Source of the DNA: a virus
Virus record (IMG/VR): IMGVR_UViG_3300042922_001062
Location: 15,478 to 79,477 of that record
Strand: one strand, 5' to 3'
Length of the DNA: 64,000 nt
The stretch's first letter is position 1. Every line of letters begins with the position of its first letter. The position numbers were made by a program, and so were the translations under genes. The notes under the pieces are model-generated. The model worked only from the letters and a program-made list of their open reading frames with translations. It had not been told where the DNA came from and did no database searches. Positions 18,378 through 26,657 of the stretch are shown here, piece by piece.

Positions 18378-19426
18378 CCTTGATAAGGAGCGAGCTGATG
18401 CGCATCAATTCCGCCGGACACCTGCCCGCGATCATGGGCTTTCTCGCCCGGGCGCACCTTGCCGGTGTTTCGCCCTTGGAGATCGCGGCGAAGGATGGTG
18501 CTCCGCCCGACCTTCAGCTCCTCGTCAGGGCTGCGACCGGTGCCGTCATGCTCGGCGACGTCGCTGCTGCTGGCGCGCTGCGCGCGGCGGTCGAAACCTT
18601 CATCGGGACGCTGCGCGGGCGCTCCATATTCTACACGCTCCTCGCTGATGGCGCGTTCGTCCGCGCGCCGATCCGCACACGGCTCACAGCAGTCGAGAAC
18701 GGCGTGGTCGCCTACGTCGTGAGCGAGGGGCGTGCGAAGCCGGTTTCGAGGATCGGGCTCGACGCCGCGGGACTGGAACGCGCCAAGGCCACTTCGCTCA
18801 TCGTGCTGACGCGCGAGGCTGTGTACGCATCCTCGCCGGCGCTGCTCGACTTCCTGACCTCTGAGCTGCAGGGCGCGGTCTCGGCGGCCGTCGACGCGGC
18901 CTTCATCGCAAGGATCATCGACGACGGCTCGCCGAGCCTCACGCCGACCTTCAGCGCGTCGGGAGCGGGCATCGACGACATCAGGTTTGACCTCCGGCGA
19001 CTGCTCGACGCCGTGAACGTCACGGGCAGCGGCCATCTGGCATGGCTGATGTCGGCAGACGTCGCGAACCGCCTCGCCGTGCTCGTGGAGCACTTTCCCG
19101 GTATGGCGCCGAACGGTGGGACATTGCTCGAGCAGCCGGCCTTCGTTTCCGAGGCCATCGACCCGGGCTCGCTGCACTGCCTCAACGCCGCGTCGATCGC
19201 GGCGGACAGCGAGGCCATCATCGTGCGGTCCAGCGACGTCGCCAGCGTCGTTATGGATACCGCCCCAGCGCAGGACAGCTCCACGCCGGCGGCGACGCAG
19301 AACGTGTCGATGTTTCAAACCAACTCGACCGCCGTGCTCGCGGAGGCGTTTTTCGGAGCGCAACGGGTGCGGCCGAACGCGCTGGCGACGCTGACGGACA
19401 TCGCCTGGGGCGACGTGGCCTCATGA
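18374..19426 (+). CDS. Satellite HK97-fold major capsid protein paralogue (no protease domain)
   Basis: Aligns with the helper capsid: FIGTLRGRSI/FVEFLRPMTI, VSEGRAKPV/VGEGKGKPL, QD...VSMFQTNS.A..AE. Confidence 0.85.
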   Translation: MTLIRSELMRINSAGHLPAIMGFLARAHLAGVSPLEIAAKDGAPPDLQLLVRAATGAVMLGDVAAAGALRAAVETFIGTLRGRSIFYTLLADGAFVRAPIRTRLTAVENGVVAYVVSEGRAKPVSRIGLDAAGLERAKATSLIVLTREAVYASSPALLDFLTSELQGAVSAAVDAAFIARIIDDGSPSLTPTFSASGAGIDDIRFDLRRLLDAVNVTGSGHLAWLMSADVANRLAVLVEHFPGMAPNGGTLLEQPAFVSEAIDPGSLHCLNAASIAADSEAIIVRSSDVASVVMDTAPAQDSSTPAATQNVSMFQTNSTAVLAEAFFGAQRVRPNALATLTDIAWGDVAS

Positions 19427-20250
19427 GCAGGGTCGATCCCGCTACCGCAGCAGCGCTGAATAAAATTGACGTCCGCGTCGCGGAGATCGACGCCGCGCTC
19501 AAACGCCTCGACGCTGATGACTACAAGCACTTCAAAGATTTGCACCGCGCCGGTGCAAACGAGAAGGTGCGGCAGCAGCTCAACGCGGAACGCGCGGTGC
19601 AGATGCACAACCGGGCGCGGGTGCTCGCAGGCGAGCCGGTTGAACAGCCAGCACCCACGGAGCAGGCCAAGGCACTGCGGCTGCCGCCGGTGGAGCTCTA
19701 TGGCAAGGCCGAGCGACCCTGCAGAATCGAGCCAGCCATTACCCGCAGAGACGACTTGGTCGGCGTTGGCGATAGAACCGCCGATGAGATTCTCGATGTC
19801 GCCGAAGTTGAAGAGCGCGTGTCAGCGGACATCGCGCAGGCGATCGAGGTCGCCCACGCCAAGATGCGGGAGGCAATGACGCGCAATCCCACGTACGCGT
19901 TCGACTTGTCGACGCTGATCATGCTGAAGACCACCATCATCCAGGCGATGGCGCAGGCGACAATCATCGAAGCCGTCGGCGGTGTGCTGCGGCGCGAGCT
20001 CGAGGTGAAGCTCACCGATCGGATCGCAGTGCTGGAAAAGCGGATCGAGGAGTTTGAGCGCGGCGGCTTCGAGTATCGCGGCATCTATCAGCGCGCCCAA
20101 GCCTACAGACGAGGTCAGGTCGTCACCCATGACGGAAGCATGTGGGTGGCCGCCAAGGACACCGTGCTGCCGCCGGGCGCGCCGGAAGGCATGAACGAGT
20201 GGACTTTGGCCGTTAAGCGTGGCCGGGACGGGAAGGACGCCACCCGATGA
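19423..20250 (+). CDS. Coiled-coil protein with a C-terminal domain paralogous to the helper collagen-like head protein
   Basis: YRGIY....Y.RG.VVT.DGSMW...WTLAVKRGRDGKDA versus helper YRGVF....Y..GDTVT.AGSLW...WTLAAKRGRDGKEA; ATGA coupling. Confidence 0.8.
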   Translation: MSRVDPATAAALNKIDVRVAEIDAALKRLDADDYKHFKDLHRAGANEKVRQQLNAERAVQMHNRARVLAGEPVEQPAPTEQAKALRLPPVELYGKAERPCRIEPAITRRDDLVGVGDRTADEILDVAEVEERVSADIAQAIEVAHAKMREAMTRNPTYAFDLSTLIMLKTTIIQAMAQATIIEAVGGVLRRELEVKLTDRIAVLEKRIEEFERGGFEYRGIYQRAQAYRRGQVVTHDGSMWVAAKDTVLPPGAPEGMNEWTLAVKRGRDGKDATR

Positions 20251-20432
20251 AAGAGCAAGCCGTCGCCCTAACGAAGCGGTGCGTTGCGGCCTTCGTCGAG
20301 AAGATGGGCAGGCAGCCGGATGCGCACGAGCTCGATCTGCTCGCTGCGGCCGCGTGCCGGCATCTCCAAGACCGCGAGCACATGCGCCGATGGCCCGCCG
20401 CGACGGCGTCCGGATCTTCCACGGTGAACTAG
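20247..20432 (+). CDS. Small hypothetical protein
   Basis: ATGA-coupled 61-aa ORF. Confidence 0.45.
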   Translation: MKEQAVALTKRCVAAFVEKMGRQPDAHELDLLAAAACRHLQDREHMRRWPAATASGSSTVN

Positions 20433-20466
20433 CTCAAGCCTAGACCTCATAGCCTTAGGTGAGGCG

Positions 20467-20757
20467 ATGCCAAACTCAGAGATGCTCACAACTTACTCCC
20501 ATGGTACCGTTTCAGTGACCAAGGGATCAAAGACCGTCCGGGGCAAAGGCGTTTTCTGGCTGGACGTGCGGTCGTGCGACAGCCTCGAAGCCGGGGACCG
20601 CTGCCTCACCACCATCGCCTCAGTAGACGCGACCGATTTCACCACATTGGAGCTTGCTGTGCCTTGGTGCGGCGAGACAGCGGAGGACGTCCCTTACGTG
20701 ATCCGCTTCGACGCTCCGCAGCGATTTCCCGGCTACAGGGGGCGCGCCGATGGCTGA
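20467..20757 (+). CDS. Stand-alone tail-fibre N-terminal (anchor) domain paralogue
   Basis: YSHGTVSV...TIAS...LELAVP....DVPYVIRFDAPQRF matches the first ~80 aa of both fibres. Confidence 0.75.
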   Translation: MPNSEMLTTYSHGTVSVTKGSKTVRGKGVFWLDVRSCDSLEAGDRCLTTIASVDATDFTTLELAVPWCGETAEDVPYVIRFDAPQRFPGYRGRADG

Positions 20758-21847
20758 CCTCTACAGCACCGGCACCGTCTCGGTGCCCAGCGGTGGCACG
20801 ACTGTTACGCTGACCGGGGGGCTCTTTAGCGGTGTTCTCGCCGGCGATACGATCGAGATCGGCGAGCTTCCCGCGAAGACGATCGCATCGCCGACCGACG
20901 CCAGTCATCTGGAACTGGCCGTCGCGGTGACGTCCGATCAGGTGGATGTCCCCTATGTGCTTCGCTTCGACGCCCCGTCGCGCTTCACCTCCGGCTATCT
21001 CGCGGAGCAGGTGCGGGCGCTGATCGCGCAGGCGGGCATCATCAAGGCCGCCCGGCCAAACTACGAGGTGCAGAGCCTCGGCGGCAACGCACCGCCTGGC
21101 TCTCCTGTGACGGGAGACATGTACGTCGTCGGCACCGCGCCGACCGGCGCATGGGCTGGGCGGGCGAATAATTTGGCGCAGTGGACCGGCTCGGCGTGGC
21201 TGTTCACAGCGCCGGATCGAGGAACGACGGTCGTTAGCGTGGCGACGGGTATTGTGTCGATCTGGGGCGGCGCGGCGTGGCTACCTTACATAGGCCCTGG
21301 CGCTTTCATGCAGACGCTGATGCCGGCGGCGACGCAGGCCGCGGCGCAGACTACGCTTGGGCTCGATAGGGCCGCCCGCACGCTCTGGACGGCGGATATC
21401 TCCACTCCTGTCGCGGCGATTAACGTCCCGCTCGCGGCGGCGTATCGGGCGTTCAAGCTGACCATCGGCTGCCTCACCGGCTCGGATGCGACAGCCAACT
21501 TGATACACCGCATCAGCCGCGACGGGTCCACGGTCGACACGGGTGCATCGGACTATCAGGGGTCTGCGCTTGTTGTCGTGGGTAGCGGAGTTTCCGCGGC
21601 GGCGCGGACGGCGTCGGATGCGTTTCTCGGCACGTTGACGGCCACGATGGTAGCAATGGACATCACGCCTGGCGCGGCCGGTCTGCCGTACATGTGCACT
21701 TCCCAGTCTATGGAGTTCGCCTCTGGATATCGTCTTGATTTCCGCGGTACCCGTGCCGCGAATGTCGGGCGCGCTCAGTTCATCCAGATCTACCCGTCAG
21801 CCGGCAATCTGACTGCTGGGACGCTGACGCTGGCCGGGTATCCGTGA
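20750..21847 (+). CDS. Satellite tail fibre / receptor-binding protein (DUF2793-like module, distinct C-terminus)
   Basis: First 177 aa are 153/177 identical to helper fibre 49412-50605; the C-termini are unrelated. Confidence 0.9.
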   Translation: MADLYSTGTVSVPSGGTTVTLTGGLFSGVLAGDTIEIGELPAKTIASPTDASHLELAVAVTSDQVDVPYVLRFDAPSRFTSGYLAEQVRALIAQAGIIKAARPNYEVQSLGGNAPPGSPVTGDMYVVGTAPTGAWAGRANNLAQWTGSAWLFTAPDRGTTVVSVATGIVSIWGGAAWLPYIGPGAFMQTLMPAATQAAAQTTLGLDRAARTLWTADISTPVAAINVPLAAAYRAFKLTIGCLTGSDATANLIHRISRDGSTVDTGASDYQGSALVVVGSGVSAAARTASDAFLGTLTATMVAMDITPGAAGLPYMCTSQSMEFASGYRLDFRGTRAANVGRAQFIQIYPSAGNLTAGTLTLAGYP

Positions 21848-21892
21848 CGCCCGCCGCCGGGCTTCGAGGTGGTGGCTCGGCGGTCAGATATG

Positions 21893-21918
21893 AAAAAGGC
21901 CGCCCCGAAGGGCGGCCT
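21893..21918 (-). terminator. Terminator for the minus-strand moron (possibly bidirectional)
   Basis: AAAA-AGGCCGCCC-CGAA-GGGCGGCCT. Confidence 0.75.
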
Positions 21919-21932
21919 CTCTCACCGTCCGG

Positions 21933-22250
21933 CTAGCACGGTGTCTGCTTATTGGTGCAATCGCGACGGCCGTCATCCGAATTGCCGCTGCCGGCGGCCT
22001 TGGCCTCGCCGGGGTTCATGGAGTTGTTGCGCCCCTCGCTGGGCATGGTCGATTTCGGCACACCGGAGCCAACGGCCGGGGACTGGTCCTTGTAGCGGCT
22101 CTCGGTGGTGCCCGAGCTATTGTCGGAGCCGGTTGTAGCTCCCGCCGTGGAACCCGAGTTCCCTTGGCCGCTGCTCTGGGCCATCACAGGTGTGCCGAGC
22201 GCCAGTAATGCTGCCAGCGTGGCGATGGAAGTCGTCTTGGCATAGTTCAT
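21933..22250 (-). CDS. Small secreted Ser/Gly/Thr-rich protein (moron)
   Basis: Signal peptide ending PVMA-Q, low-complexity body, C-terminal CxxxxxxC; AGGAGG RBS. Confidence 0.75.
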   Translation of the reverse strand: MNYAKTTSIATLAALLALGTPVMAQSSGQGNSGSTAGATTGSDNSSGTTESRYKDQSPAVGSGVPKSTMPSEGRNNSMNPGEAKAAGSGNSDDGRRDCTNKQTPC

Positions 22251-22274
22251 GAGTTCCTCCTTCGATATGAGGCG

Positions 22275-22299
22275 AACCCACAGCTCTAGATGACGTTCC
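22275..22299 (-). promoter_or_regulatory. EcfG/sigmaT-type promoter
   Basis: Minus strand GGAAC-N16-GGTT, 25 bp upstream of the start codon. Confidence 0.72.
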
Positions 22300-22464
22300 G
22301 ACCAAATTGGCCGCTGAGGTACACGGCTAATGCACCTCGCGCCAACGTGAGCACTTTCCTGCCAGGCGGCTATGTCGATTTATTCCTTCCGCGAATCGTC
22401 AATCATCGCCTCGATGGCCCCGATCATCACTTCGAGGTCGGCGATCAGATGCAGTAACGATTTG

Positions 22465-22578
22465 CTCGACTTCCGCGGCACCCGCATCGCCAATCCAGGC
22501 CGTGCGCAGTTCATCCAGATATACCCGTTCGCCGGTAATCTGGCAGCCGGCCCTCTCACGCTGAAGGACATTCTGTAG
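22465..22578 (+). pseudogene. Orphan 3' end of an alternative tail-fibre allele
   Basis: 114-bp diverged duplicate of 21734-21847 (LDFRGTR.AN.GRAQFIQIYP.AGNL.AG.LTL). Confidence 0.8.
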
Positions 22579-22589
22579 GAGCATCTCAC

Positions 22590-23027
22590 ATGAACATTCT
22601 GGACGTCGACGGCGTGATCAAGCCGGCCGACCCCGCCTGGATCGCCCAGCGCGCGCTTGACGCCCTCCCGGTGGCTCCGACGCCAGCGGACGTCATCGCC
22701 GAGCGCGAGCGGCGCCTGGCCCTCGGATTCGCCTACGACTTCGAAGACGAACGCGGCGTGCACCACATCGCGACCACCCCGGAAGACATGAAGGGCTGGG
22801 ACGAGGTGACCATGCTCGCCAACGCCGCCATCAATGCCGGCGTGGCGGCGACCGAGATCCTCATCCTCACCAGCACCGGCCCGGTCACCGTGACGGCCGC
22901 CGAGTGGCAGCAGGTGCTCCTCGCCTCGGCGAACTTCCGCCAGCCGATCTGGCAGACCAGCTTCGCGCTGCAGGCGATGGACCCGATCCCGGCTGACGTC
23001 ACCGACGACGTGCACTGGCCGGATTGA
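22590..23027 (+). CDS. Tail fibre assembly/chaperone-like protein (DUF4376-like)
   Basis: DVIAERERRLALGF...IPADVTDDVHWP; AGGAG RBS; follows the fibre 3' end. Confidence 0.7.
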   Translation: MNILDVDGVIKPADPAWIAQRALDALPVAPTPADVIAERERRLALGFAYDFEDERGVHHIATTPEDMKGWDEVTMLANAAINAGVAATEILILTSTGPVTVTAAEWQQVLLASANFRQPIWQTSFALQAMDPIPADVTDDVHWPD

Positions 23028-23231
23028 CCTCCCAAGCGCCGCACGGTCATGACCGCTCGAGTTGATGGGCCGCGCTTGGTCTATTCGGGCACGAGGAAAG
23101 CCCAGCAGAATCCTGATTATCCACCACTGGCCGGAAGAGATCGGAAAGGCCGCTGGCCACGGCAGTAGCGGCTTGAACAAGTCTCGCCCGGCGCGCCACA
23201 ATTGCGGATGGGCATCCGAATCTGTACCGAC

Positions 23232-23879
23232 ATGCAATGCGTCGTCGACTGGCTCTACACGTGGCAGACGCTCATCTCGGGCGTGTTGGCACTGGGGGCG
23301 GCGGCGATGACTGTGGGGCTTCTGCGGATCCAGATCGAGGACGAGCGCGCCCGACACCGTTCCCAGCGGATAGCTAAGACATTGGCGGCCCGAGCGACGT
23401 TGCCAGATGCCCTGAGCGACATCGCGCGATACACCCGGGAGTGCATGGCTTATCTCGTCGGCAAGCGAGCCGAGCCACCGTTGGCGCCGGCCGACGGGAT
23501 AGCCGCGATCAAGGGCGCAATTGAATTCTGCGATGGCGACCCGGCCACCGCTCTCTTCGCTCTCGCCAGCTATTATCAAGTCCAACGAGCCCGGCTGGCG
23601 GAACATCGAGTTCGCCGAGGTCCAGAAAATCTGGACCGAATGCGAGATTGTGCGCACCTCAGAGCGCTGAGCGATCGGCTATTCGATTACGCTCGAGGAG
23701 AAGGCCTCGATGTTCGGACGGGTCGGCCGGATCCTGAAGAAGTTGTGAGGGCACTTGGCCAGATCGTCGGGCCTGGACCCATGATGACTCGTCCGAACGA
23801 ACGTGCTCGGCTCGAGGCCTGGATAAGAGGCACTCCCTTACGCCCCGACGACGAAGATGAGGCCGAGGAAGACGAGTAG
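23232..23879 (+). CDS. Membrane-anchored hypothetical protein (satellite cargo)
   Basis: WQTLISGVLALGAAAMTV N-terminal TM helix; acidic tail. Confidence 0.65.
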   Translation: MQCVVDWLYTWQTLISGVLALGAAAMTVGLLRIQIEDERARHRSQRIAKTLAARATLPDALSDIARYTRECMAYLVGKRAEPPLAPADGIAAIKGAIEFCDGDPATALFALASYYQVQRARLAEHRVRRGPENLDRMRDCAHLRALSDRLFDYARGEGLDVRTGRPDPEEVVRALGQIVGPGPMMTRPNERARLEAWIRGTPLRPDDEDEAEEDE

Positions 23880-24170
23880 ACGTCGGCTTGGCGGGTGCTC
23901 GCCTCCACGGTCTCTCTCGATCCCCGATGCCGCCGAATTGACACTGCTGCCGATCATGATGAACGTGTAGTGGCGGCGTAGGCGCCATGCCGGGCGAGAG
24001 CCTCGGCCTGGCCCTGCAGATCCTGACGGCTTTCCTATTCGGAGCGGAACAGGAGTAGGGACTGCCTCAGAGAATCTTGATTTACGTCCCTATAGTCCGG
24101 CCGCCTTGCGGAGCGCGGCATTGATGCGATCCTGCCAGCCTGGCCCGTCCGAAGACGAACCTTAGTTCGT

Positions 24171-26600
24171 TCAGGCAGCCGCAGGCTTTTGCCGAGCCAC
24201 GTACATTGCCATAGGCACGCACGGCAAATGGTGATTCGAGCTCGACATGAGGAGCAATCGGTTCACGTTGTTGTCCTGGAACCCGCCGATCCGTATCACC
24301 GATTGCAGCCATCCGATGGAATGCGGCACTCTGGCCTTCTTGATAAGGCGTTGGATGGCTGTCCTACTTCGGGAATGTCGCGCCGCCAATTGCGCTTCGA
24401 AGTTTGGCTTCACTTCTTCCGCCTTCAGAGACTTTAGGTAGTTGAACGTGCGACGGATCACCGATCGGAACTCGACGAATTCAGGTGCTTCTCTCAAGCT
24501 AAGGATATCGTCGCACTGGGTCGGAAACTCCAGTGGGGCTGACCGGATGTCTGCCGCAAGCGAATGTAGCGTCGATGAAGTTCCCAAATAGCGGCGGTTC
24601 AAAGCTGCGTTCAGCTCCAGCCAACGATGCTTGCTGTCAGTGAGGATCTGCGCCCCCGTGGCTTGCGCCAAATACATGGCGATTTCGAAGTTGGGTGCCA
24701 ACTTCATGAGCTGGATCTGTCCACCTGTTTCGGGAGCCAAGCTCTCCGGTTGGAGCACGGCAAGCGGGTCGGCCTCTCGGAGCTGGCCGATTTGCGGCAT
24801 CAGTTCGTCGAGATCGACTGTTTCGCCCTGCGGCATTGCTCGAGCGATCTGATTGCGTAGCCCCTCTTCGGACAAAGCGAGGAGTGTGCGCTTGAAGTCG
24901 TCGCGCATCAGTTCCTCCATCCGAGGGTCGTTTGAAATCTCGAACTCAAGGCCGGATGCCCGCGCCCTGGCCATCGCCATCATTTGATCGCGCAGGTGGA
25001 TGTCGAAGTCACAAGGATCGGGGATCAGGTTGACCAGACCCGCCTCGACCAACGGCATCATGCTCACGAAGAAATGGATCGTCTTCAACAGTTCGCCCCG
25101 GTACTGACCCGGGTGCTCGGTCGGACGGAATTTCTTATTCAGGGTGCCGGGGTGGACGAAAGGGTGCTGAATCAGCATTTCACCGAAATACAGCGGCGAA
25201 CCAATCGCGAATTCGTTGATGTGCTGGGGATGGAGGGAGCCGGTATAGACCGATCGAAGCTGCCCGTCCGGCTTTGGGAGTAAGTCGAGCAGGTCGGTTT
25301 CCAGTGGCCATAGGCCTTCGTAAAGGCTATAGGCACTTGCAATCTTTTCGTCGGTCATCTCGCGCCGAACTTGGGTCCAGTCCTTTCTGTCCAGTTCAAG
25401 GAGGTTCGACAAGCCGCGGAGAAGCATAAGGTTTCGCTCGCGGATGCTCCTAGCCGTCCAGCTCGGCCTTAGCTCGGATGGCTTCGGCTCGCAGCATCTG
25501 GCGAAGAGGTCGCCGGACCCACAACCACAAGAGTCCTTCGGTTTCAGCGGTGACACCGGCAGATCCTTTTGAAGGAACGCGCGCGGCTTTTCTGACCGGC
25601 CAAACTCATCCTGATAGTGAACATGTCCGCTGTCGAATTTGGCAAACATTTCACCGCCAAAAAGGTGGAGTTCGGTCTCTGGTGGTCGTAGTGTCTCCCG
25701 CAACTCCTTCCAAGATTTCTTCACCGTTTTCTCTGGATAAAGCCATGCCTCGCGTCCAGCAGCGATGTATCTTTCGGAGCGAGCCTTGAGGATGAAGTTG
25801 ATCTCCGAGACTTGTTGATCATCGAGTTCGCGAGACCGGATGAAATCGATCGTCGATACCATCGTCGGATGAAAGTTCCGAGCGAAGGTCCGGTTCTCAA
25901 GCGGATTCACGTCCGGGTTCTTTGCATACTCAAGATTTGTCAGGATCAGGCAGTGGTCTGGTCCCAGAGGGAAGATGGTCTGCGAACCTTTCCATGCAAT
26001 TGCCGGATCGTCGGTTTGGTCGCAACCAAGGTCTGCGGGAGGAGCAGCATAGTTATAAATCGTTACCGGATGGTCGGTAATGATGAACTTGACAGAGGCA
26101 TTTCCCGCCGAGACAATCTCCCGGACGCCAGTGGTCCAAATGGTACAATTGAGAAAACGAATACCCTGCATCTCAAGCATAAGCTCATTCTGGGAAAGCT
26201 CAGGGTACTGTCGCTTTAGCCACTCTAGGCCCTTTGGAGTGCGAAGCTTTTGGATGTCGATATACTCGAAAAAGGTCTTGAAGTGGGAGTGCCATGCGGC
26301 CTTGTCCAAGCCAGAGAGGGCGCGGACCGCGTCCGCGCCGCGGGTGTCAATGTCGCCGAATAGTTGTCGCTCGATTTCATCGTTTACCGCCGTTCCAAAG
26401 AATGTTGAATAAAGATCCCTTTGAACGAACGCACGGGATGTTGGAGAGTCAAACAATGACCGCCCTGTGTTTTTTCCTCCATCCCTCCGTGTGAAAATCG
26501 GCGGTGACAAGTCGAGATAGAATAAGGTTCTGCCTCCGTCGGTGAGGAAGCGTTCTTGATACCATTGGGGAACGTAGTGATTATTTCTTCTTACTGACAT
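24171..26600 (-). CDS. DUF4238-domain protein with a SEC-C-like motif (candidate anti-phage)
   Basis: N-terminal HYVPQWY, FIITDHPV, IFPLGP; central CGCGSG..FARCC; AT-richer codon usage. Confidence 0.75.
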   Translation of the reverse strand: MSVRRNNHYVPQWYQERFLTDGGRTLFYLDLSPPIFTRRDGGKNTGRSLFDSPTSRAFVQRDLYSTFFGTAVNDEIERQLFGDIDTRGADAVRALSGLDKAAWHSHFKTFFEYIDIQKLRTPKGLEWLKRQYPELSQNELMLEMQGIRFLNCTIWTTGVREIVSAGNASVKFIITDHPVTIYNYAAPPADLGCDQTDDPAIAWKGSQTIFPLGPDHCLILTNLEYAKNPDVNPLENRTFARNFHPTMVSTIDFIRSRELDDQQVSEINFILKARSERYIAAGREAWLYPEKTVKKSWKELRETLRPPETELHLFGGEMFAKFDSGHVHYQDEFGRSEKPRAFLQKDLPVSPLKPKDSCGCGSGDLFARCCEPKPSELRPSWTARSIRERNLMLLRGLSNLLELDRKDWTQVRREMTDEKIASAYSLYEGLWPLETDLLDLLPKPDGQLRSVYTGSLHPQHINEFAIGSPLYFGEMLIQHPFVHPGTLNKKFRPTEHPGQYRGELLKTIHFFVSMMPLVEAGLVNLIPDPCDFDIHLRDQMMAMARARASGLEFEISNDPRMEELMRDDFKRTLLALSEEGLRNQIARAMPQGETVDLDELMPQIGQLREADPLAVLQPESLAPETGGQIQLMKLAPNFEIAMYLAQATGAQILTDSKHRWLELNAALNRRYLGTSSTLHSLAADIRSAPLEFPTQCDDILSLREAPEFVEFRSVIRRTFNYLKSLKAEEVKPNFEAQLAARHSRSRTAIQRLIKKARVPHSIGWLQSVIRIGGFQDNNVNRLLLMSSSNHHLPCVPMAMYVARQKPAAA

Positions 26601-26657
26601 TGCCCTTTAGCATCGCTCCCGCCGCTAGTTGCTGCAATTCTTACCGGCTTGGGCGAA

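Noticed and set aside
21734-22578. Diversity-generating retroelement (VR/TR pair at the fibre C-terminus)
   Set aside because: Differences are mostly synonymous and not adenine-specific, and no reverse transcriptase is present in the window
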